NCBI GenBank assembly: GCA_965655095.1
Contig: OZ296653.1
Span: forward strand, 71,734,001 to 71,798,000
From: Haplodiscus bocki
Taxonomy: Eukaryota
Reading direction: 5' to 3'
Length of the DNA: 64,000 bases
The notes under the pieces were generated by a model, which ran no database searches, was not told where the DNA came from, and saw only the letters and a list, made by a program, of their open reading frames with translations. This document shows, in pieces, positions 1-8,297 of this stretch. The position numbers were made by a program, and so were the translations under genes. Each line of letters begins with the position of its first letter. Within the stretch, counting starts at the first letter, position 1.

Positions 1-184
1 AAAATAGATGCTCTATCTGGTTTTGAATAAAAAGTTTTTCCTTTTTGATTCTTGATCTTAGGTTTCCCTGAAAACCTAATTTTACCAATGAACTTTAAAC
101 AGTTCTAGTAATTTATTTATGTCTATTTAATGGGAAATAATACTGCGCGTAAAATATCGAGTTCAGAAGTGAAATAAGTAACTA

Positions 185-390
185 ATTGATTGGTGTGTTT
201 TTAACTAACCGAAAAGATTGTGACGCAATCATCTGAAGCTCTAGTCGGCTCAGCCTCAAAATAGTCTTTTCTCTCCGAAATACAAAATAATCAAGATCTT
301 AGAGTATTCGGGTTGAACATTCCGCCCGGAAGCGCTTCACGAGCCAACGCCCATAACCGTCTCTAATGATGGTGCGGATTCATTGGTTAG
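185..390. promoter_or_regulatory. Possible RNA Pol II promoter-like motif cluster (CCAAT boxes, CRE-like, GC/ETS-like)
   Basis: ATTGG at ~189 and ~382, TGACGCAA at ~221 and CCGCCCGGAAG at ~322 lie in a locally GC/CpG-richer patch ~2.2 kb upstream of the zinc-finger CDS. Motif presence only; no transcript evidence. Confidence 0.25.
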
Positions 391-519
391 GCTATACTGT
401 TTCAGGCTTTTATCTCGGGGGCCCCTTCCCCAAGGCTATCGAACTGGGTATCTCAGTTTTACCTTTAGTTGGCGCCCCACAAAGGACAGGAAATTAAGTC
501 GCACGGTGTTTTTTTGTTA

Positions 520-1320
520 CTTATAACTTTCGTCAGGCCTGATGAAGCTTGAAGTAGAACGTCAGTGTTTTTTATTCGCTGCATCAAATTGATATTATTC
601 ACTTGTTCAATGCAGTCAATAAACATCGTTCATGTGTTTAACGTTTTCAATTTTACTTCACGACAAGCAGTTATTTGATTTTTCACTTGTTAGCCGGAGT
701 CAATTGAAAAGCTGACCTGGTCGTTATCCGCCAGTTACGTCTTCTGCCAATATTACTGAAGTGAATATTTGTACGTCGTCCATCTAAAATAATGAAAATA
801 CTGAAATTCTCAAGTTTTGAATCTTGACACCTGATCAATTTGGATGGCGTGAGACGGAATTGGCTGATCTTGTTCGTTCCTTTAAAAAGACCGTGGTTGA
901 ACATGGTGCTTTTTGTTTACTACTAGTACAGTTTTAGCCCTTTTGGATGAGTTGGTTGAACTCGGATATCCAAAATTATCCCGAAAGCTGCCCTGAAGAT
1001 CGCGAATGTGTTCACTGTTCACCTGAATTTTGTAAAAACACCCTACTTTTTCTTCATTCACTAAATTCAATTCGTAGGTGCCCATAAGGGTAGTTTTAGG
1101 AGTTAACTGTTGGATGCTCCGCTAATTGGTGGAGTAAGAGCAAAATACCAAATATGTGTATCCGAGACTACCTTTTCTTTTCGTCATCAAAAATAAACTC
1201 TCAGTGGGTCCTTTTTAAAAAGTATCAACGTGATATTTCCAGCCTACGAATTCAAATTTACTAGGTTACGCCCATTACAAGGTTATTGAGTTTCCTTCGA
1301 TCTTTGAAATTGAATACAGC
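520..1320 (-). mobile_element. Highly decayed Penelope-like retroelement relic (RT + GIY-YIG fragments)
   Basis: Minus-strand fragments occur in the expected order. WKYHVDTF (1241-1218) resembles WxRYVDDTF; EFIFDDEK resembles IxFTxExE; YTYLVFCSY resembles TxxYLxFxSxH; EHIRDL...NFGYP (977-963) resembles the NGYP thumb motif; NIGRRRNWRITTR (754-716) resembles GIY-YIG YIGxTxRxLxxR. A hammerhead-core-like sequence follows at 529-566. Many stops, frameshifts and apparent deletions. Confidence 0.4.
529..566. ncRNA. Degenerate minimal hammerhead-ribozyme-like cores, back to back (Penelope pLTR type)
   Basis: Near-palindrome TTCGTCAGG|CCTGATGAA (529-546) gives CUGAUGA on + and CUGACGA on -. The + strand continues ...GAACGTCAG (canonical GAAACGUC with one A missing). 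The - strand has a GTTA-TAAG-TAAC stem, then AAAA instead of GAAA. Probably inactive. Confidence 0.25.
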
Positions 1321-1560
1321 GGGGTTCCCTTGAGCATAGAATACAGGTTGGTAAATCTTCGCTCCGTCGAATGAGGAGGGAACTGGATGAGCTTTTTGAC
1401 TGCACGGAATCAATCGCTCGGGGATTCGGACTTCTCGAGGTTAGAGGAATGCCTTTATATGGTGAGACGATTCGGGGAGTTTTGAAACAAGAGGGCCGGC
1501 CACCACCGGCATAGTTTCCGCCCTCTAGCTTAGCTAAAGATACCTTTTAGAAGGATAAAA

Positions 1561-1810
1561 GCGTTTTTTTTTTCAAAAAATACTACCTTCGGCAAATTTT
1601 TATAACATTTTCAAATTTATATTTTTTTTGCAAAAAAAAATTAGATGAAAAAAAGACATATTTAAAAAATAACATCATTTTATACGCATTATACAGCAAA
1701 TTTGCCACTTCTACCCATTTTGAAAATTCCGTTTTTCGAAAAAAAACCTGAATTTCATACGTTTTGAGAAATCTTACTATTTCAGTCGCATTCTACGGCA
1801 AATTTGCTAT
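1561..1810. repeat. Degenerate ~103-bp tandem repeat, about 3 copies, with T-tract/A-tract dyads
   Basis: C(G/A)GCAAATTT at 1590, 1694 and 1796 (spacing 104, 102); CGCATT(A/C)TAC(A/G)GCAAATTTGC is shared by copies 2 and 3. Dyads TnCAn, TnGCAn and TnCGAn at ~1564, ~1622 and ~1732. Confidence 0.5.
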
Positions 1811-2540
1811 AATTTGGTGATCAAAAATTTTCAGAGACTGAAACGTCGAACATTGGACACTTTCACATCGGGCACCATCAATTGGCAAGTAAGCGTAAAA
1901 AAATCATTTGCTTTGAGTGGGTGATTGATTTTCCTCGCATATTACAATTGTGGCTGAAAATACTAAAGTTGGTTTTTCATCTCGAGTCTTTTGGGGGGAA
2001 AGGCATTCCCCATTGACGAGGAACCAATGAGATACACCATATATTGGCTTCATCCGTTCTAAGTTAGGGGAGAACGGGAGTTTTTTCTTTTTGACGAATT
2101 GATCAATCCTCTTGCTCAAACTATGTATGAAACAAATCAACTTGAAAAAGGGAAAGAAAAGGCATATTTAAAAGGGGTATCACAACAATTAAGCTATAGC
2201 AATTTCCTCATTTTGTAGTGCTTTTGTGAAGTTTAACCTCAACGTTTGCGAATCCACGAGTGGTAGCAGCTGAAACGCATCTTTGATGAGTACGTTATCG
2301 TTCTAATAAGTACGTAATTCATCAAGCACCAATATTTTCACGTGGTATTATGTTTTATTGGCTTTCGACGTTTTCAGCTCTATTACTGCCATTTCTTAGT
2401 ATATTGGGATTTCATTGGAATTACAGATAGGACTGTCTGATCGGACCAATTTTTTTAAGTAAAATTAGTTCGTCACAAAATTGGTAGTTCCAGCCACCAA
2501 ACTTATTACCTGATTAGTTCATTACAATTCACGATCTTAA

Positions 2541-2555
2541 TCGCTCTTATTTCAG
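2541..2555 (+). promoter_or_regulatory. 3' splice acceptor (cis or trans) 10 nt upstream of the zinc-finger start codon
   Basis: TCGCTCTTATTTCAG|G ends at 2555: a pyrimidine tract plus TTTCAG. A candidate donor AA|GTAAGC lies at 1889. Confidence 0.6.
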
Positions 2556-2565
2556 GGTGTTTGTA

Positions 2566-5500
2566 ATGGATGAATTAGATGATCTGATTTCTTTGGTTAA
2601 CGACGACAGTTCTTCCGAGAAATCTGGCGAGAAAAGGGAGAGACTCGCTTCCAATGAAGTGTTTCAAGGGGATCTGTTGTCTCAAATTCTCGATAACAAG
2701 AATCTAACCGCCGAAACTAAACTGGAATATATAATGGATGAGCTGCAGAACAATAGTTTCGGTTGCAGTGATCAAGATATAAACATAGCGCTGCAGCGGA
2801 AAGGCTGGAACAACCTGAAAGTTGATGACATCAAGCGTGAATGTAAGCATATAGCGCGGTCAATGAAAGACATGTCTGAAGAATGGTACCAGTGCTCCTT
2901 ATGTGAACAGAGTTATCCTGCTGATAAGTATCATTGTACATCTTGCGGAGAAGAGTTTGTGAATTTGTTGGATCTTCAAATTCATGTGTCAGAGTTTCAC
3001 GTTTCGATAGGCGGTAAAGATGAACAGGTGTGTAATTCGTGTGGGATTAACTTTGGAACCAGTAAGAAAAGTCTTCAGAAACATATGTATGAGAAGCACA
3101 TATGTTCACAAGGACACGTTGAGTGCCCAGTGGGATGTAAAGTGCTCATACCTGCCGAAAGTGAAAATTCAATCAAAGTATCTCGACACATATCTAGTAA
3201 ACATGTATGTGAATTTTGTGGTGAAAAAACTTTGTTTTTATATCGGCATTTTGTCGTCTTTCATGCTATGCGTGATGATGATGTATCCAGCCAAGGATCT
3301 ATTACTGGCCGACATGATACACCAGGCTCAAAAGCTGTCTCTGTTGCCAAAGAAGAAATGAAAGCTTTGCATCCCGTTAGAAATATGTCTCATGACACCT
3401 TTCAAGCTCGTCAAAAAGACGAAAATAACGACCATGTTGTCTGTAATTTTTGTCGTTTGTCGACTCCCCTCAATGGATTTTCCTGCCCAGTCTGTTCTGA
3501 GAACTTTGATTATTATGCGGATTCACTCGTGCATTTAGTAAATGATCACCAGTACTCGATAGATTCAGAAATTGGATGCGAAATTTGTCAGAAGCCTCTT
3601 CTCTTGCACGAGTTGAAAGGTCATATCCAGCGTCAACATTTTTGTTATAGCTCACATCTGAGATGTCCTAGAAATTGTTTGGTTCTTTTTGGAAATGAGA
3701 CTGATGTAATGAATCATCTTCAAGTGGAACATAATTCGGTGCCTCTTGTACGGGCACCTCCCGTCGTTCAAGCTCCTATAGTTAACAAGCTTAAAAACGC
3801 TGGGATTCTCGAAACTCCTCATTCTCCTGGAGCGTTACTTCCTCAAAAGTTAAGCGAAGTATTTTTCGCCAAATCCAATTCATTGAACAACATGAACCAT
3901 TTGCAAGCACGTGAGATGTGGACTCCGAAAAACCCACTTATTGAAGGAAAGCCATATCAAATGCAAAGCTTGCCTGTTTTAAATAGTGCTATCATCCAGA
4001 TCGACACCACAAGTTTTAAACACACTGGCAATATTAAGTCATTCGCAGAATGGGAAGAGTGGATAGAAGAAAACGGACCTGTGAGCCTTGGACTTCCCGG
4101 GTATATGGTTTATTTATCGCCTCTGCCAAGACAGATTGACCCTAAACGAAGCAATAAAGCAGAAGATAGTATGGAATGTTCCGTCTGTCGATTTAAATAC
4201 CCAAAACAGTTACTCGAATGCAATTTGTGTAACATGCGTTTTTGTACTAAAGGCAGTTTCTATTTCCATAATGAAACAATGCATAGCATTGTTGGGGAAA
4301 ATATGATTTGTAGTTGCTGTCAAAAGCCGTGGCCATCTGTAAATGTGATGATGTCTCATGAATTGTACAATGCGTGTAAACTGCATTTCGAATGCCCATT
4401 TAATTGCAATGACTTGCTCAATAGTAAAAAGGGATTACAGGAACACTTGCTTAGTGAGCACAAAGCAGTGGCTGCTCCCAACACATCGAATATGTTGCCC
4501 TTCGGACTGTCAACGTATGGGAAAAGTATCGGAATCTCTGGTGTCCCTTGCCTTAAGTGTGGACTAGTTTGTTACAAAAAAGAGCGCTGGTCTCAATGCA
4601 CTTTGTGTGACAAGCATAAAACACCTATAGTATACACGTTTGTTAATGGGCTCGAGTTTTTGACCCATTTGTGTCGTCACCATAAGTTGAAACTGCCAAT
4701 TTATCTGACTTGTCCCTCTTGCGGAATGATCTCCCCCAATGTAGGTCAATTCCAAAGACATCAACTGAGCATGCATGGCTATTGTTCATTCCATCAACCT
4801 TGCTCAAATAAGCAATGTAATGTTATTTTTCCAAATGGAAGTGATTTAATGAAGAATCATGTCAGTAAGTGTGAGTTCAATAAGAGAAAGGTGAAAGCAA
4901 CTCCCACTCACCCGCAAGGTAGTACGCAGCCATCCACAATTGAGCCCTTTTCAATGACTAAACCGAATGTAGAGAAAGAGGTGCTTATCAAGGCTTCAGT
5001 CTCTGCAAACTCAACAACACAACGTGGGGTTTTACCCCTGCCAATTCAATCAACAGTTGCGCCCAAACAGCAGAATGCCAATACAAGTTATCCAATAGCG
5101 AATTTTCCGAGTTTAGAATCTTTGCCAGTTATGCAAAACATGAAGGACCCAGTCCAATTGTACAGAAAATCAGTGTCGAATTCTTCAGCAAATTCTTTTG
5201 CAAGAACAATTTTGAATCATCCTACAAATGTGAACCCACCGTTGTCTTCCGTCGAATTAGGAAACGAAGCTCTACTATCTCAGGCATATCAACCAGTTCT
5301 TGAGTTTGAGGAAAACCCAAACGCAATGACTTACGATTTGCAAACCAATTCAGATATGGAAATAGAAGATGTGGATGTCACTCCTGCAAAAGGTCCTCCA
5401 AAGGGGGAAGCTCCATCTTCAGTTGATCTGAGGAAAACAAGCTGTAGAAATTGTTACTTCGGTTACCATCCAGAGAAGCTGTCACGTGAACATTACTGCC

Positions 5501-6339
5501 TTGATTGCAACTTGAATTTCCACAGAGTTTTTGACCTACACTTTCACTTAATGTTAGCCCATCAACAAGAGGTGAACGTATCAAATAAATACTACTGCGA
5601 ACTTTGCGGTGAAAGGACAAAGCGATTCGATACGTCTGATCTTTTATCACATCGTGTGGAACAGCATGGCATTTGCCTGGTGCACGTGATGTGCTCGAAT
5701 TCGGGCTGTGAGACATTGTGGGGTGACATAAAGGACATGAAAAAGCACAGTGAAGGTAGTTGTCCTTACAAGTCCGCCAACAACCTTCAAACTACTAACT
5801 CCAGTCTTCCTCGCAAGAGACAGAAACCACCCACTGAACTAACGTTACAAACTCCCTCCGCAAAAAGGAGGAGTCACGCAGGTCAACTAGTTGCATTCAG
5901 AGAAACCCAAAACCTGTTCATAACCCATAACATTAAGGAAGATAACTTTCCAGGTTGTGACGACTGTGGGAAAGTGAAACCTTCCACGAAGTTATATGAA
6001 TGTAGACTCTGCAACAAAGAAGTTCGAAGGTCTGAAAAACAGTTTCTTTTATACCTAGAAGCTCTAATGCATCTTATTGAAGACCACGGATTCGAGGTAA
6101 CTGGCGCAAAAAAGATGTGCCAGAATAGCGGGTGTTTAGACAATGCAGGAATGGCGCTTGAGTTCATAAAAATTGAAGATTACTACAAACATGGAGTTGA
6201 AAAGCATAAAGTCTGTCCGAGACACTTTGTTTGCCCAAGAGGCTGCCTGGCTGTGTTCAATAATACCAAAAAGGTTGGTATTCATGTATCGAAGTGTCAA
6301 TTCTCAAAGTCAAAGAAGAAAGAACAGACAAGCTTTTAA
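2566..6339 (+). CDS. Multi-C2H2 zinc-finger protein, 1257 aa, six repeated three-finger modules; likely a nuclear nucleic-acid-binding protein
   Basis: Uninterrupted 3.77-kb ORF. ATG at 2566 is in GTAATGG context (the ORF track's GTG 2557 start is unlikely in a eukaryote). About 19 C-x2/4-C...H-x3/4-H(C) fingers in six clusters, separated by low-complexity P/S/T/N/Q linkers. Basic NLS-like stretches PRKRQK...AKRR and KSKKK; TAA stop. An upstream coding exon cannot be excluded. Confidence 0.92.
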   Translation: MDELDDLISLVNDDSSSEKSGEKRERLASNEVFQGDLLSQILDNKNLTAETKLEYIMDELQNNSFGCSDQDINIALQRKGWNNLKVDDIKRECKHIARSMKDMSEEWYQCSLCEQSYPADKYHCTSCGEEFVNLLDLQIHVSEFHVSIGGKDEQVCNSCGINFGTSKKSLQKHMYEKHICSQGHVECPVGCKVLIPAESENSIKVSRHISSKHVCEFCGEKTLFLYRHFVVFHAMRDDDVSSQGSITGRHDTPGSKAVSVAKEEMKALHPVRNMSHDTFQARQKDENNDHVVCNFCRLSTPLNGFSCPVCSENFDYYADSLVHLVNDHQYSIDSEIGCEICQKPLLLHELKGHIQRQHFCYSSHLRCPRNCLVLFGNETDVMNHLQVEHNSVPLVRAPPVVQAPIVNKLKNAGILETPHSPGALLPQKLSEVFFAKSNSLNNMNHLQAREMWTPKNPLIEGKPYQMQSLPVLNSAIIQIDTTSFKHTGNIKSFAEWEEWIEENGPVSLGLPGYMVYLSPLPRQIDPKRSNKAEDSMECSVCRFKYPKQLLECNLCNMRFCTKGSFYFHNETMHSIVGENMICSCCQKPWPSVNVMMSHELYNACKLHFECPFNCNDLLNSKKGLQEHLLSEHKAVAAPNTSNMLPFGLSTYGKSIGISGVPCLKCGLVCYKKERWSQCTLCDKHKTPIVYTFVNGLEFLTHLCRHHKLKLPIYLTCPSCGMISPNVGQFQRHQLSMHGYCSFHQPCSNKQCNVIFPNGSDLMKNHVSKCEFNKRKVKATPTHPQGSTQPSTIEPFSMTKPNVEKEVLIKASVSANSTTQRGVLPLPIQSTVAPKQQNANTSYPIANFPSLESLPVMQNMKDPVQLYRKSVSNSSANSFARTILNHPTNVNPPLSSVELGNEALLSQAYQPVLEFEENPNAMTYDLQTNSDMEIEDVDVTPAKGPPKGEAPSSVDLRKTSCRNCYFGYHPEKLSREHYCLDCNLNFHRVFDLHFHLMLAHQQEVNVSNKYYCELCGERTKRFDTSDLLSHRVEQHGICLVHVMCSNSGCETLWGDIKDMKKHSEGSCPYKSANNLQTTNSSLPRKRQKPPTELTLQTPSAKRRSHAGQLVAFRETQNLFITHNIKEDNFPGCDDCGKVKPSTKLYECRLCNKEVRRSEKQFLLYLEALMHLIEDHGFEVTGAKKMCQNSGCLDNAGMALEFIKIEDYYKHGVEKHKVCPRHFVCPRGCLAVFNNTKKVGIHVSKCQFSKSKKKEQTSF

Positions 6340-6769
6340 ATTCTAGTCATCACAGCACTTCTTCAACGTATGCTATACACTCTTAACTTTATCTTGATTA
6401 CCACTGACAACTACTTCTGTCAATTTGGGTCCATCAAGATGTTCTTTACCTCAAAAACTCAATGTTTCAAATTTTGATCTATTTTCCTTGCCGTTCCATT
6501 TCGAACAAACTCAACGAAATCCACCATGCTTATCATATCGAGCAGCCCTCAATTTTTCTCCATCTAACTTCTAACCGCAACGTGGTGAAACACCACCTTT
6601 TTGAGCATTTTAACAGCTCACATGAAGACATACTGAGTGCGTACCGTTTGAAAGTAAAGTATTGAATAGTATTTAACGCCGAAGATGAAAAACTGAGCGC
6701 TCAATGTACAAGGTTGAGGATCTAGCAATTTTGAAAGGTTTTTTGTTCCCCAGTCAAGTGTTGGCACTG

Positions 6770-7514
6770 CAGTAGTGGTTTTAATTAAGTGTGAATTCCT
6801 GAGCAAAAATTGGAGTTTTAGGCTCGAAATCTCAGAAAGTAAAAATTGTAGGAGCAAAAGTTTCTCAGATTTTCGATAAGATTACAAAGGTCTTTATTTC
6901 ATCGAAATCAGACAAGATCGCAAAAAGTTTCAGACCCCAAAATTTGGATATTTTTTTTGTCATTTTTGCACTTTTGATGGGCTGAATGGACAGATAATTT
7001 CAACTTCATGCACCTAAATGAGCTTTTACCATCACCCCAAAGCCATGGTAAGCAAATTTGACCCAAATTTCATTCTCTTTGGAAAATCTCGGGCTTCGAA
7101 GATTGTGATTTCATGTTACCCCTACTTTTTTAAAGCGTCAAAATCTCAACCCTCAGTACAGGTAGAAAAAACACAAGTACACACCATTTTGGAGCCGTAG
7201 ATCTCTCGTAAATATTGAAAACTCATTTCAGCTAAGTTGCGTAAACTTTTAAGACTTCATTTTCCCAAAAAAGTCAAAGGTTTAAGGAGAGATTCAAAGC
7301 TACAAAATTGTGCTGAACGTTTTTCTGTATTTCTTGTAGTTTGAGATAAAAAAACCTCAAATTGGGTCAAAAATGGCCAAAGTCAGGGTAGTGATAACTT
7401 GTCAACTTTTGGCACAATTTTAAGACAAAAAGTACCAATAAAATTTTATTAAAAATCTGAGAAACTTTTGCTCAATGTTTGCTCAGAAAATTCACTTAAT
7501 GAAAATCAGTACTG
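6770..7514. mobile_element. Non-autonomous Tc1/mariner-type TIR element (MITE), ~745 bp
   Basis: Left end CAGTAGTGGTTTTAATTAAGTGTGAATTCCTGAGCAAAAATTG...GAGCAAAAGTTTCTCAGATTTT matches the reverse complement of the right end, CAGTACTGATTTTCATTAAGTGAATTTTCTGAGCAAACATTGAGCAAAAGTTTCTCAGATTTT. Termini CAGT...ACTG; TA on the right flank (7515-16), TG on the left (possibly a mutated TA TSD). No transposase ORF. Confidence 0.75.
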
Positions 7515-8048
7515 TAAATCTTGAGCGTTATTTCTGCTACGAGTTCCTGTTTGATAATATTGAAGTAAAACTAAACCGCATCATTCTGGAGTAACAATCT
7601 TTCAAACGAATACTTTCTCACTCAAATTGAATTGAACTCTTTCTAGCGACATTTGTGGCTGTTAGCATACGTTCAGTTCTTATTTATCCTAATTTGTTTT
7701 TGATCAGTTTTGCTGGCTTTTGACACTTCCAATATTTTCGATCTCATATTTCATTTCTTGAGTGATTGGCATCACATTGTGAAAATCTTGCTGCAACTTC
7801 AATTTCTACGGAATCGTTAAGCTGATCTGAATGGAACATTGCCAAAATTTTCATCGTCCCAACTGAAATGAAAGCATTTTTTTTTTCAAAAAAAAACATG
7901 CTTAACACGGAACTCATATCTCGGTGCTCCAGTTTTCAATGTACTAGCATACCTTATTTTCATGACAATTCGTAATTATGAGCTCATTGACTCTGAATTT
8001 TCTTTCCAAAATGTTTATCCTAAATGAAAATTTATTAGCAGATAATTA

Positions 8049-8297
8049 CCGTGTTTAATCAAAATTTAGCCGCTGTCTAGTTGATGTCGCCTTCGAATTC
8101 GAGTCGCACAAAAGGTTGCTGAAAGAAGTTAGAAGCAGCACATGAATAGAAGCTGCAACCAAAAATTGGATTCAGACAAAAGTTGAATCCCCCCTCTATG
8201 TTGAGTAATAATCGTAAAAATGTATGAATTGAAAAATGAAATAGCATCCAAAGTTACAGTAATTTAGACGTAGTCAAAGTATTTCGCTTAAACACGG
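8049..8297. mobile_element. Small MITE (~249 bp) with CCGTGTTTAA terminal inverted repeats and TA target duplication
   Basis: TA|CCGTGTTTAATCAAAAT at 8047, versus the reverse complement of ATTTCGCTTAAACACGG|TA (ends 8299) = TACCGTGTTTAAGCGAAAT. TA|CCGT ends resemble Tc2/pogo-like members of the Tc1/mariner superfamily. Confidence 0.7.

Noticed and set aside
1830-2380. Second Penelope fragment or hammerhead (GAAACGTCG at ~1840; FIHSLSKRIDQFVKK on the - strand)
   Set aside because: No upstream CUGANGA core, and only one weak peptide resemblance. Insufficient evidence.
2557-2565. GTG start at 2557 given by the ORF track
   Set aside because: Eukaryotic context; the in-frame ATG at 2566 has a good Kozak context and follows the splice acceptor.
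3020-6167. Short ORFs overlapping the zinc-finger CDS on other frames or the opposite strand
   Set aside because: Shadow ORFs of a long genuine CDS, with no recognisable domains.
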